The position numbers and the translations under genes are program-made. The notes under the pieces were generated by a model that did no database searches, was not told the origin of the DNA, and saw only the letters and a list, made by a program, of their open reading frames with translations. Below, in pieces: positions 1 through 13,599 of a stretch of DNA of 64,000 bases. The stretch's first letter is position 1. Each line of letters begins with the position of its first letter. Source of the DNA: Nageia nagi (Eukaryota > Plantae > Pinophyta); NCBI GenBank assembly GCA_050084985.1, contig JBITNC010000002.1, forward strand, positions 16,802,001 through 16,866,000, read 5' to 3'.

Positions 1-1998
1 TCTTTGGGTGAAGTAGTGAGCACAACTATCTACACCTTGAATAAGTGTCCCATAAAAGTCGTTGAAGGAAAAACTCCTTATGAGGTATAGATAGGACTAA
101 AATCTCTCATCTAAGGACTTTTAATTGTGAAGCTTTTTCCTTCATAGTTTCAGAAAAAGAGGAAGAAGTTAGATGATAAATATGAGAAATGCATCTTCGT
201 GGGATATGATAGTCAACATAGAGAGTATAGGATTTACTCTCCTTCAGCAAAAATAGTTTTTGTTTCAAGTGATGTGAAGTTTAATGAAGATCTTAGTGAT
301 TCTTCTTCAAGTGAAGTCCCTAAAGACCCTTCAAAATTACCTAAATGGTTGGATCATAATTCATATAAGTCACCAAAAGAGTAAAATTCTCCAATAAATA
401 GGATAATTAGAATTATGACTTTACATAAGTCTCTTATTACCAAGATTGAAGGTCATAATGAATCTTTCAACTTTAGGGAGGCTTCTAAACATTCTTATTG
501 GATGGATGCTATGAAGGTGGAATATGAAGCTCTTATGAAAATGGAACTTGGGACTTGGTTCCATATCCAACCATGATGAATGTGATTAGAAATAAATGGA
601 TTTACCAAGTTAAGTTCAACTCAAAAGGTGAGATTGAGAAATATAAGGCAAGATTGGTGGCCAAAGGCTTTGCTCGGAGTTGATTATGAGGAAATATTTT
701 CTCTAGTTGCAAAGATTTATACAGTTAGAATTATCCTTTCCCTTTCAGTATCCCAAGGTTGGAATATATTCTAACTTGATGTGAAGAGTATTTTCTCAAT
801 GGTGACTTGGATGTTTAGATCTACATGAGTCATGCTAGGGGGTTTGTTATTATGGGAAAAGAATCACATGTGTGCAAGCTAAAGAAGTCCTTGTATGGAT
901 TTAAGTAAGCACCAAGAGCTTGGTATAAGAAGATTTTAGGATACTTTGAGACTATTAGGTTCTCCAAATACTACATAGATTCAAATATCTATATGGTTAA
1001 TGAAGATAAAGACTTGGTCCTAATCCTTCTCTATATTGATGACCTTTTGATTATAGGAAATAATATGGATATCATCAATGAGTGCATATCTAAGCGTAAG
1101 TCAGAATATGAGATGACTGATCTTGGTCTCTTGCATTATTATCTTGGTATGCAAGTGTATCAATATAAGAATTCTACTTACCTTAATAAATCCAAATACG
1201 TCTCAAATATTTTACAAAAGTTTGGAATGGAAGAATATAAGCCTTTAGATATCCCAATGTCTCCTGGAATCAAGTTAGAGATTGGCTTGAACTTCGATTG
1301 GAAGATGCTATAATATATAGGCAACTTATTGGAAGTCTTTTTAATCAAACTATCTCTCAGCCAAATATTTCTTATGTAGTTAATATGATGACAAGGTTTA
1401 TGCAGAAAACTTATGTTGAGCATCTCTATGTGGCTAAGAAGATCTTAAGGTATATTATGGGAACTAAGGATCTTGCTCTCAAATAAACCAAGTTACATTT
1501 CTTTGTTCTTTTAGGATTCTCATATTCTTACTATGAAGGAAAAAAAGTTGATATAAAATCCACTTCAACTTATTTGTTCAACATTGGTTCAGGTGTTCTC
1601 TCTTGGTCATCTAAGAAGAAGCCTACTATCACTTTATCCATGACAAAAGTAAAACATAGAGATATGACAGTTACAGCCAAGATGTTATTTGGTTGAGAAA
1701 TATTATGTGGGAAATTGGGTTAATTGAACAATCTAGTCCTACTCAAATTTCTTTAGATATTCAATCAGCCATTGCTTTAGCAAAGAATCATGTCTATCAT
1801 CAAAGAATAAATCATGTTGAAATCCAATCATGTTTCATCAAGAAGAAAGTCTTAGATGGGACTCTACAACTTCAATATTATCTATCAAACTTGAACTTTG
1901 TTGATTTTTTCACCAAACCTCTTTCGAAGGCTCAATTTTGTAAGCTTAAGGATTCTATTGGGTTGGTGAAATTACCCTCAAGGGGGAGTGAAGTTTAA
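1..1998 (+). pseudogene. copia pol remnant (integrase C-term / reverse transcriptase / RNase H)
   Basis: ORF fragments 199-384, 993-1313, 1298-1486 and 1693-1998 carry copia RT and RNase H motifs in the expected order. Confidence 0.92.
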
Positions 1999-2750
1999 AT
2001 TCTTGATGAATTCTTGTTTATGACATCACCTTCACCCCTAAGAGGATTTTTAGTTTTATAGTGTTGATCTTATGTGTGCTTTTTTTATGCTTAGTCCTCC
2101 ATGTGTGAGGAGCTTATTTGTGCACTTTAATTCATCTTGGTATGTACATTTTTATGCTTAGTTCTTCATGTGTGATGAACATTTTATGCATATGATGAAT
2201 TATTATGAGCATTATTTAGTTATCCATGTGTGATGAACTAGTATGTTCATATTTTATATCATATGCTTTGATGATGATCAACACACATTTTATACAATAG
2301 GTGACTATAACTTTGCTTGGCATCTTTGTGATGATTTATAATGCACCATTTGATCAATTTATGGATGATATTATTTGATTTATTTATCTTATGTTGATAT
2401 GAATGTATATATGATGCATCTAATTGATCTTATTTATGAGCTGCTTGTAGCTTGCAGGTTTCTTCTAAAAATTGGAAGTTACTTACTTTAGGTATGCAGG
2501 CTCATGAAGGCTTATCATGTCAACATATTATTGATTACATGCTACTTGTAGATTGAAACCATTTATGGTCGATGATTGATGTAGTGTAAACCATTTTTAA
2601 AAATGGTTATGTAAATGAGCCTTTTCTAGATTGTATTACTTTTTAAGATTCAAGTTTTCATCTCTGACTATATTTCTTAAGGAGGATAACTCTCTTATAG
2701 TCTCTTTCTATCTTCTCTTCATACTACCCCAATATTGCATTAAGGGGGAG

Positions 2751-3280
2751 TGTTATAACTAGTAATGCACTATTGTAAATATTATTCTTTAGGGAGGTAT
2801 CTAAAGAATAATATCTCCACTCTTTATGTAATTGATTATTTAATCCACTAGATACTTAAAAGCATTACTAAATACCTTTTAAGTATTTAGTGAATTAAAT
2901 ATTCAAACTTGTTCCACATGTGACTTATCTTTTCCCATTGATAAAGGTGTTCCCCTTGGGTAAAAGGGTGAGCCAAAGTGGGATTTTTTTCCTATAAATT
3001 AAGGCCCCTCCTCATGCATTCTTCACTCTAGTTTGAAGCATTATAATGCTATTAGGGTGAATAAGGATAGGAGGAGAGAATGCTAGTGAAGGATAGTAAG
3101 AGAATCTTGTATCTTGAGAAGTACTAGAATTTAGCTTAAAGTGGAGTACTCTCTTGATAGAGAGGAACCACTATACTTGATTGTGTCACTTGCATGTGTG
3201 ATTGATTAAGAGCATTCTTGAGTTGTTGCTTAGAAGTAGAGGAACACTCCAAGGGGATCTTGGGTGTAATAGCTTTCACA
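2751..3280 (+). repeat. 3' LTR of copia A (530 bp)
   Basis: TG...CA termini (TGTTATAA...CTTTCACA) directly after the PPT; TATA-like CCTATAAAT at ~2991; similar to the LTRs at 47066, 52828 and 59071. Confidence 0.8.
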
Positions 3281-4755
3281 ATCCTTGAATTAAATCACCT
3301 CCAAAAAACTAAGAGATACACCAACAACCACCTATTGTAACCTTCTTCTTAGTTTACAAGAATCCTCACTGTAAACTCAATATCTCTCCCTCAAAACTAC
3401 AAACTTCACCTAGTTTTTCCTCTCACAAATTACATTGAAAAATCTTGGATTTATAAGTAAGTTACAATCCTATTCTTAGTCCATTATGGAACTAATAATC
3501 CATGCAAAATAACCATACAAGGTATGACCCCCACCCTATAAATTAAGACATGAAAGAGAGTGGTTTGACCATACTAAAATGGAGTTTAACATCATATAGA
3601 CCCTGATCAACACCATAAGATCGATTGGGATAACAGGATCAACCACCACCAAACCAACTATAATTTATTCCCATATCGATCAATCAAATGCAACTAAATT
3701 GTATCCAAATTGTAGTTAATCAATAGGTTGATTGTAGTTGTTTGACCTCCTTTTGGCTAATTGGCCATGTAGATCAACCATGTGCATGTTGATTAGAAAG
3801 AAAAGAGCAAGTTTCTCAACTTTAGCCCATGAATCAGGCTCCATTCTCAACACTCATGATTATTTTATATATTTATGAACCTTAAATAATTGATAACATT
3901 TATCACATGTTATTAGTATTATATTAATTATTCATAACTTAGAAGGGCTCTTTGATTTTTTTTCCCTTAACATCCTTCAAATAAGATCAAAGTTGTGTGC
4001 TACATATTATAGAAGGATTGAAATAAAGTGACCAAAAATGATAAAAATTATCATCTTTCTTTGTGATTCATCATAACAAACCCATCAAGTTTGTGCTTAA
4101 TATTTTGTATATAAACATTTCAATGGTTTAAGCATAGGGGTATGAGGAGGTTTAGGCATTGACATTACAATAAGCACATAACTTTATCTTATGTACATAT
4201 TGTAGTACCTTATTTTTCCTTCCTTATAATGTAGATCTCCAAATTTCACACATTAAACAAAATCAAGCATACACCCTAAAATGATTTGAGATCCTTTTAT
4301 TGCTTATTGTAAAAGAATTTGTTACAAGTTACAAATGAATGATAAGGTAAGAGCACATCTATTCAAAATAAACATTTTATACAAATGCAAATCATTTTAA
4401 AGATGTCATGTATGTTGTTCATAATTGGCTCGAAGATTGAATCTTATTGTTGTTATAAAGGTTGAGAAATTAGATTGCATACTCTAATTTATCAAAAGTA
4501 GTTAATATGCATTCATCGATTTTACGAAGCCATATTTAGGTCAATCATTATAAGCATATTGATTATGCAAAGCTATTCATTAGACTAACTTCAATATCTT
4601 ACCTAAACATAGAACACAAAAGTTGATAAGATGGCTAGTACATTCATAACATGTTCATGATCTTTCTTATAAAGTTTCATATATAATACTTAATTGTACC
4701 ATGTAATTCTAATACATGTTCAAAATAGCATATAAATAAGAGAGTATGGTAGAAA

Positions 4756-4859
4756 ATGGTTGAAGGTATGTGCTCTTGCAAATAAAATGGGGTTAGAATT
4801 TCATTTTCTTGCTCCCATGGTTGAAGGTATGTTCTCTTGCAAATAAAATGGGGTTAGAA
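4756..4859. repeat. 43-bp direct duplication (2 copies, 61-bp period)
   Basis: ATGGTTGAAGGTATGTKCTCTTGCAAATAAAATGGGGTTAGAA at 4756-4798 and 4817-4859, one mismatch. Confidence 0.85.
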
Positions 4860-5893
4860 GGAAGATTTTAGTGTAATATGGAACTAATAGAATTTTGGCA
4901 ACAACCTCAATCAAATTCTCTTTTCTTAAAGTTGTAGACTTTTATTTGTAAGCCCTAAAGGTGGAAATTTGGCTTATGGTCATAAGAATGATGCATGCAT
5001 ATGAATTGGGTGATTTAGGTATGATTCACAAGGAAACAATGGTGTGAGGATGGTGACTGCATGGGTGATGTTATCATGTGATGCATGGGCATGCAAGAAC
5101 AAACTCATGATGGTTTGAGATTAGAAGGGTGATTAAGGCAATTGGGATGTGACTAGTTGTGATTCAACTTAGATTAGTAGGTATCATGATAGTAAGGGGT
5201 AAATGTGAATAATATTAGCAAGGATGCAAATTTTAGATATTTACATTTATTATGGACTTATTTCAATAAATATTTATTATTATTTTACAAGCAATTTATA
5301 ATATTGGTAATGCTAATCTACATGAATCAAATTTGTGTGTGTGTGTGTGAATATAAATCTAAATATAATAGAACATATTTACATAGATCTTAGGCTTCCA
5401 TAATGGATGTCACATGATATCCAATGATTCTACCAATTGTGGAAAAGCCTCATTAAGGGAAGATATTTTCTTATTAAAAATAGCCTTCTTAACCTCCTCC
5501 CCTACATCTACCTTTATTGCATGCTCCTCATCATCGTCAAATGGGACCTTAACTTTTATTTTATCACCTCATTATCTCACATCAACATGGGGATATCATT
5601 TACCTTAATGGACACACCCTCCTATTGATTTTAACATTAGAGGTCTTATTCTAAAGAGTATCCACCACTCCTACAATTGAGCTCAAATTTATATCATTTA
5701 TATCAATGAACCCATGATTTATTATATATCAAAAATATCATCCACTACCTCCCATTTCAATGATCCCATTGTCTCTTCATAGCACAAGGTAGAAGTGGTG
5801 CATCATGAAATAATGTCAAACTAGTATAGCACCCATATGAGTAAGTATTGTTTCATATCTTAGTATTATATTTAGTTATTTACAACTACAAGC

Positions 5894-6115
5894 ATATGAT
5901 TTTTAGAAAGTTAGTATATTTAATTCCAAATTCTAATACCAAGCACCTCCTTTGCTTCAATAATGGTCTAATTGTACAAGCATGAAAAAGGAAGTTTGTT
6001 TGTTTTTTATAGGTTTGCTACCACAGTCACATCAACTTTTGGATCCCATTTTTGGACATGAAGATTATCCAATGTAAATGGAACATGAAAATAAAGATAA
6101 GTACAATAAGATTCA
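5894..6115 (+). repeat. ~220-bp diverged direct repeat, copy 1 (copy 2 at 12932-13145)
   Basis: Shared blocks ATATGATTTTTARAAAGYTAGTATATT and CCCATTTTTRGACAYGAAGATTAT.CAATGTARATGGAA.ATGAA. Confidence 0.75.
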
Positions 6116-6157
6116 TATCATAGGGTACACATGTATCTTATGCAATTTCCCAACATT

Positions 6158-7200
6158 TATCATGTGCCTTTTTTACACTTATTCCTTTTATAAATTTATA
6201 ATGACCCATGGGATCCACTAGGGGCTTGATGCCACACCTTAGGGGATATCCAAGAATATGATAATTATAATTTAGGAGTGAATTTGGTAGATAAGAGCAT
6301 TTATTGGTAGTTTCACATGTATTTAGACATTCTTGTAACTAGGCAAAGGGAATATATGTATCCTAGAAACCAAATTGTGAGCCCAATATGGGATGTCTAC
6401 CTCCTTGGATAGATAATAGGCTTTTATTGGTGTTATATTTAATTATTGAGATCCCAAGGGTGATTATGCACATCCCAAGGATATATCCATGCACTATAAC
6501 ATTGGAACTAAGCACTTGATGACTTCTAGGTGAGATATAGATATCAAGATCCAACTATTTATAGACCCAACGTAGGATTGAGAGGGAGATTTTGATGATC
6601 TTTGATATTTGTATTTAATATTTTGGAGCTGGTGGAAGCCATATCTTGGACTTATTGTTGGATGAAAACCTATAAAGAGAGGAATCTATTGGGACACAAC
6701 CCCTACTAGGTTTAGGAGCATTACTTCTATCCACTCATGGAGCACCAAGAGTTAGGAAGAGGCCTTAATTGGTAGAGCGCCTAGATTGTCTAAGGGAGTA
6801 GAGCTTCAGTTCTTCATTTTGGATCTAGATGTTGAGACCTAAGCTTGAGATGTTAGCATGGTAGGAGGGTTTTGTGGTAGTGATTGAGTCTATATCTAGC
6901 CTCCATAGTATGATATCATCCCTACTGGGCCATTTGTGTATTGTAATTACTTCATCATTGCTATATATCAAGTCATTAGGTCTTGGATCTCATATTTATT
7001 ATGAACTTTGTACCTCATTATGTGATCTCTAGTGTTTTGATTCATGTGCTTGATGTTTAAGGATATTTTATGTGTTAATCTTGGCCATTGCTAGTTCGTT
7101 GGATATTTTGGATATTATTTTTTAGTTATAATTCCTTTAAGATAATTGTTGGCAATTTTGGCATAATAATTTTAGCATAGAATAATTTTGGATCATCACA
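6158..7200 (+). repeat. gypsy 5' LTR
   Basis: Colinear with 11616-12647; starts TATCATG (TG>TA), ends ATCACA, followed by the PBS. Confidence 0.9.
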
Positions 7201-9012
7201 GTGTTATTAGATCCATCATCCTATCATCTTATGGGAAGATTGTTGGATGTAGTCAGCTGAGAAATTTTATCAAAGGTAAGAAGATATCAATGGCTCCTCA
7301 AATAAGATTTAGGGAGGATATAGGGAAGCAAAGTGGAGATCTAATCCAACAAAGTTGGATGAATGTGCTATAGCATGCTAAGGAGTTGGAGAAGAAGAGC
7401 ACGAGGAAAAGAGAGAGATCCCACCCAGGGATTCGATTGAGAAAAAGTTTGATGATTTTTTATCTATGATGAAAACCATTGTGGATAAAATGTAGTTGTA
7501 TAATGAGTATTCAACCATGAGGGAAGCATAGGAGAGAGACATAAGGCCTAAAGGAAGCCTTAGGATGTCCCTTACTCAAATATTAGCCTCTATTCATGAG
7601 AGGGAAAACATCATTACATAGATCTCGTGAGAGAGATACTGGAGAGGAGGAAGATTTTTTGCATAGATCTAGAGGGTTAAGGCACGACCAAGAGGGTCCT
7701 AGGTTTGAATAGAGGGAACCTATTTTTTAGAGATCCCGATTGGACATAATGGTGGATGATGAAGGACATTTTATATTTAGAACTAGATCTGCCAAGGATC
7801 CCTTGGTTGGTGCACTGATGTGGGAGAGATTCATGGAGATAGATGCACCAAAAATGCACATCACACTTTCACCTCTATCACATCCCAACAAACCCATGTT
7901 CATACCTAGGATGGAAAGTAGCATAATCTTGAGTTTGATCATGGAGCTCAATCAATTATACCGAGAGTACTCTTTGAACTAACATGAGTTCAAGAATTAT
8001 GTGACTTTCTCCCTATATTTATAATTATTGGGAAAAAGAGACCAATCATGAGCATAGTGAATCTAGAGATGATAGGACAGATGTACAATAATAACTAAGT
8101 AGAATGCAAGTTCCCTTGTTCAATGGAAGCGACAAAATGACTTATAGGGCATGGTTGCAAAAACTACAAATCTATTTCACTTGAATTTTACACTTTATAA
8201 CCCTACATCTGGGTGGCATAGCATATAAATGGTCATAAAATCGTATTACCATGTAGGGGCATGGATAAATCTTGATGTATTCATCTGAAGAATGATGGAT
8301 TGGTTTGAAAGAAAATATTAATATGATTACTTAATTTAAGGACTTGATGGTAATAAGATAAAGGGGATCAATGGAATATTTATGTGGCTAAGTTCTAATG
8401 AATTGTATTCATGGTTCCTAACATTTATGAGAAGAGGGTAACCTTCCTCTTTTATGAAGGTTTGATGGATCTGCTTAGGGGGTTGGTAAAAGCCTTCTCT
8501 CCCACATACTTGTAAGACACTATCAAGAGGGCATTAGATATAGATTCAGGAGTGATGATATCTAGACATATTCTGCCTACCAAGCCCAATTTACCATCAA
8601 GGTGAGCGATTGAGGGGTTTGCACCAAGTAAACCTAGGACCACAAATCCCAATTAGGAGGGAGGTATGGACATAACCAATAGGAACGAGTTGAGGAAAAA
8701 GAATTTTTGTTTTGCATGCAAAAAACCTTGGAAGTGAGGTCATCGATTTTTGGGTAAGGGGAAAGTTCATTACATCAAAGTGATTTTAGATGATGAGTCA
8801 AATCTTGAGCTAGATCTAAAGCCATTAGATCTAGGACCACCACATGGTGAGCCTTATATACCTAGTGAAAAGGACACAATAAGGGGCATGATAGCTTCAC
8901 TTGGAGGAGTGTCAAAGTATTTTACACTCAAGATCAAGGGGCAAGCTGCCAATCAAGAAGTCATGGTGTTGATAGATCCAAGAGATATACAAAACTTCAT
9001 TAATGAGGAGTT

Positions 9013-10050
9013 CACTACTAGGAAAAGGCCTATTTGCATCCTTTTTTTATGTATTTAAATATGAAAATTGAAAATCAATGTTAATTTGCATCCTACTGCA
9101 TCAACATGCATCGTTTTAATTTTTCACTTTTTTTGATGCAAAATTTGATGTAAATTTTGATACAAAGTTTACATTAGATTTAACTAACAAAAATTAAAAT
9201 GCATTTGACATGTTCATAAATCCACCAATCAATGGATCACATTCATTTTTTCCTCCATCCATATCAAAAGTGATTACCCAATAGCTAAATACCCTCTCCT
9301 ATCTATATATATCAACAAACCCTCCCCATAATCCTCACATTTCATATACTTCAACTAATTTTTTTCTTCCTTAGATTTTAGGTTTCGATCATAACTATGA
9401 TGCCCAAGGTAGAGAATAAACTCACAGAGAAAAAACTAGTGGCAAAGAAATCTCAAGTTGCATAAAAGAAAACTCCTTTGAAGGTTGATAAGAAATTGCC
9501 CAAATAAGCAAGCAATAAGAAATGGATAATAATATTAAAATATTTGTTGTATTATTTAGGAAAATTATATACAATAAATTCAAATTGTTAAATCTTGAAG
9601 CACTAACCCCATTCCTGAATTGGTTTAATGGACTAATGTCTTTTCTGCAAAGACCTATTAAACAAGGAAATCTAAGATACAAAGAAAATCACATAAGTGG
9701 ATAAAAAATTGAGCAATTATTTTAATAAAAATGATGTACCTTACAGAGGTCATAACTTTTGATCCTGGTATCATTTTGAGCCCATTTTTTAAATCACATA
9801 GAATTAAAAGATCTTCAATTCTATAATGTTTTCTTACAAAAATTGATGTAAAAAATTATTCAAAATCTAAAAATTTGATGCAAAAATTGGCAATCCATTG
9901 TAAACTTTAACACAATTTTGACGTAAATATCATGCAAAAATTGTTATGTCAGTTGTGTCGAAATTTGCATTCATTTTTGGTGTTAAAGTTAAAAAAATGC
10001 TCTATGTTTGGATGCAAAAAAGGATGCAAATACATTATTTTCTAGTAGTG
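9013..10050. mobile_element. Non-autonomous CACTA (En/Spm) element, 1038 bp, TSD GTT, inserted in the gypsy protease
   Basis: TIRs CACTACTAGGAAAA / TTTTCTAGTAGTG; 3-bp TSD GTT at 9010-9012 and 10051-10053; subterminal TTTGCATC/GATGCAAA repeats; removing it restores the in-frame protease NFINEEFMKRKGLK. Confidence 0.95.
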
Positions 10051-11615
10051 GTTTATGAAAAGGAAGGGGCTCAAAGCAAAAAAATTTGAGGGATTTCATC
10101 TCACAAATTCCAATGTGAAGCTCACATTTGTTAATAAGATAGCGATGAGGTTTGGAGTCAAGATCCAAGAGTATGTGTCTAGGCAAGACTTTTATGTCTA
10201 TCCCTTGGATGGGATCCCTCATTTGATCCTACGTGCATAATGGTTGTTTGATTTGGGAGACATCCATATTAATTACCAAAAATTGTTGATGATATTTGAG
10301 GTAGATGGTAAGGAGTACACCTCACAAGGGATTAAGGACTACTTTCCTCAAGCTTCTTCAAGTATGATGGAGGTGATGCCTTGGGAGTAGGAAACATGGA
10401 AGGAGAGACCAAGAACAAGGGAATGTTTGACCTCTATGAGGACCAAACATGGATTAGCATATGAGATCCATGCATTAGAACCACTTTGATAAATTGGCAT
10501 CATAACCCCAAGTAAGTATGATTTGTTTAGTAATTTGATTTTTGATTTTATCTTGAGTATTGGTTATGAAAATGTATGGAAAGATGAAAACAACTTGGAA
10601 AGGATCCTAGAAAACTTGATGGTTGCATTTGAGGAAGAAATAGATGCACATATGATCGATGGGGTCATAATAAGTTGCACTTATTATTGGTTTTGAAGAG
10701 AAATTTTTGGCTTAGTTTAATAATGGAACTCACACAAGCATGCATGTGTGGGAGGTTACTCTATTGGTTGAAGGTTTGGACAACATTTTGGACCCATATG
10801 TAGGCATTTTTGGGTTTCATGATCAATTACCATACGTAGCATTTGATAATGCATTGTTTATTAATACACATAAGACATTAATGATCTTATTCAAGATTAT
10901 TGATGGTATGTTGAGGGTTGCACTTGGATGGGAGATGACTGTTGCTAATTTGAACATTATTTTTGCATTATTTGGTGATGACTAGGTGAAGTTTATTTAT
11001 ATTTTAAAAAATCCATTTATTACTACTAATAATGGGATTGTTATTGCACCATTGGGATAAGATTTTTCATATTGATATACACTATATAGGGATTTTAATG
11101 ATTGTTGATGATATAGGCACTATTTGGGAACTATTTGATGAAGTTTTTGAGGATAACATTCATTCTCTAAAGGTTTTGCTTGAAAATACATTGACTATTG
11201 TTGAAAGAGAAGAATTAATGATCTTTTTCAATATTAGTGGTGATTCATGGACTAATTTTTGCATGATAAAAGTTACAACTTATGAAAAATTAGGAACTCT
11301 TGGAGTTGTCTTAATGTTGGTTGTTAACACATGCATTGGAGTGTTCTTAACTTAGTTTAAACTTAGAATACATGATTTAGTATATTTCATATATGCTTGG
11401 ACAAATATGGTAATTCAAAAATCTTACACAACATGTATGGATCTTGTTGATACCTTATAATTGGGACCTACCCAATCTTCACCTTGGCTAATTATTAATG
11501 ATACATTTGGACCAAAGGATATATGGAAGATGAAGTTTTAACACATGACATAATTGGCTACAACACTTGGAATATACAATTGATTGGGGTCAAGCACTTC
11601 CAAGAAGGGAGGCTT

Positions 11616-12647
11616 TGTCATGTCCCTTTTTTATACTTGTACCTTTTGAAAATTTGTAATGACCTATGGGGTCCATTGGGGGATTGAGTAACCCCTTAGG
11701 GGACATCAAGAACATGATAATTATAATTTAGGATTGAATTTGGTATATAGAAGCATTTATTGATAGTTTCAAATATATTTAAGCATCTATGTAACCAAGT
11801 GAAGGGAATTTATGGGTCCAAGATACCAAATTGTGAGCCCAATGTGGGATGTTTTCCTCCTTATACAAAATATAATAGGATTTTAGTGATGTTATGTTTG
11901 ATTATTGAGATCCCAAGGGTGATTATGCACATCCCAAAGATATATCCATGCACTAGAACATTAGTTCCAAGTACTTGATGACTTCTAAGTACGATCTAAA
12001 TGTCAAGGTGAGGTGTCTAACTATTTATAAACCCAACACATGATTGAGAGGGTGCTTTTGATGATATTTTATATTAGTATTTGATATTTTGGATTTGGTG
12101 GGAGCTATCTCTTAAGTATTGTTAAATAAAAACATAATAAGAGAGGAATATATTGGGACGCATTCCCTACTAGGTTTGGAAGCATTACTTCTATCCACTT
12201 ATGGAGCATCAGGAGTTAGGGAGAGCCCTTTGATGGAGCACCTAGCTTATCGAAGGGAGTAGAGCTTTAGTTTTTCATTTTAGATCTTTGTGTTGAGACC
12301 CAATCTTGATACAAAAACATAGCAAGAGGATTTTATGGCAATGGTTGAGTCTATATCTAGCCTCCATAATGTGAGATCATCCCTATTGGGCCATTTCCGC
12401 ATTGTAACTACTTCATCATTGATATATATTAAGTTGTTGGATCTTGGATCTCACATTAATTATGAATTATGTACTTCATTATGTGACATATAAAAATTTG
12501 ATTCATGGGCTTTATCTTTGAGGATATTTTATGTGTTAATCTTGCCCTTTGTTAGTTCATTGGATATTTTGGATATTATTTTATAGTTGTAATTCCTCTA
12601 ACATGATCATTGGTGATTTTGGCATAGAATAATTTTGGAAAATCACA
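11616..12647 (+). repeat. gypsy 3' LTR
   Basis: TGTCATG...AATCACA, directly after the PPT and followed by TSD ACATT. Confidence 0.9.
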
Positions 12648-12931
12648 ACATTGAAGAGGTGCTCATAATAATTAATGGTGACCTCTTCAATGTTGATAAA
12701 TTTGCATAAGAACCTCGCTAGAATAGTGTCTATATACAATGTATTAGATAATTTCATATCATATGACATAGTTGTATTATTTCAGAATATATGGTGGATG
12801 AGGTCAACTTATGATTTTTGGACTAGTTTTTGACACTTAAAAAAGTTTTGGGTTAGACAATTACTTTTTTTCTTCAAGGTAGTTTTTGGGCCCCATTTTA
12901 ATATATCTTTTAAGTTCCTTTTTCTACTAGT

Positions 12932-13145
12932 ATATGATTTTTAAAAAGCTAGTATATTAAACTTCAAATTATGATATCAAGCATATCCTTTAGTTCAACG
13001 ATGGTATGATTGTATGCAAAAAATAGTTTGTGACTCTTTGATCGATTTATTACAAGATTCATTAACTTATGGGTCCCATTTTTAGACACGAAGATTATGC
13101 AATGTAGATGGAATATGAACACAAAGGTAAGCATAATAAAATTCA
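12932..13145 (+). repeat. ~215-bp diverged direct repeat, copy 2 (copy 1 at 5894-6115)
   Basis: Colinear with 5894-6115 by eye. Confidence 0.75.
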
Positions 13146-13599
13146 AATATGCTCTACAATTATGTTCAAATAATCAAGAATACATGTAGGATCAAAAATT
13201 ACACAATTATGCTCAAATGATTCAAATATATCTTACAATACTACTATAACATGTCATAATTTATTTCTAAAAACACTTTGATACTTGCAACTTTTCACTT
13301 TTTGATATGTTTGTTACAAGGATTAAAAATGTAGTACGTAAAATATCCATAGATTAGGCCACTATAGAGGTGTGATTAGGTATTCCTTTGTGTGTCACAA
13401 CTAGTCTTGGACTAGGATTAGTAAGGTAAGAGATTGAACAATGACCGGTTAGTTCTGTTGGGCCATCCTTTGAGAGCCCATGGCTAGCACTGTGATTGAG
13501 CTTGGAAGTGAACCAAAGTGTAGTTTGGAAGCATTCTTCCATTAGGTTTTTTTATGGAACATTGCTTCCAAACTATGTTTATTTTTTTTAAGTAATTAG

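Larger units (their letters stand above)
1..3280 (+). mobile_element. Ty1/copia LTR retrotransposon A, 3' half (integrase tail, RT, RNase H, ~750-bp 3' UTR, PPT, 3' LTR); decayed, runs off the window edge
   Basis: Copia pol motifs broken by stops and frameshifts: CIFVGYD...YRIY, KARLVAKGF, LYIDDLLI, MTDLGLLHYYLGM, AKKILRYIMGT, SAIALAKN..YHQRINHVEI, DFFTKPL. PPT TAAGGGGGAG at 2741-2750 is followed by TG at 2751. Confidence 0.93.
6158..12647 (+). mobile_element. Ty3/gypsy LTR retrotransposon, non-autonomous (gag + protease, no recognisable RT core/RNase H/integrase), TSD ACATT
   Basis: Two ~1.04-kb LTRs; identical 5-bp TSD ACATT at 6153-6157 and 12648-12652; degenerate tRNA-iMet PBS GTGTTATTAGATCC at 7201; PPT AAGAAGGGAGG at ~11602-11612; gag knuckle CFACKKPW..GHR at ~8705-8745; protease VLIDP....NFI and QDFYVYPLDG..LIL...WL. 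Confidence 0.92.

Noticed and set aside
3281-3830. Possible minus-strand LTR fragment hosting copia A (similar hints at 25300-26000)
   Set aside because: LTR-like composition, but no termini, TSD or second copy could be identified.
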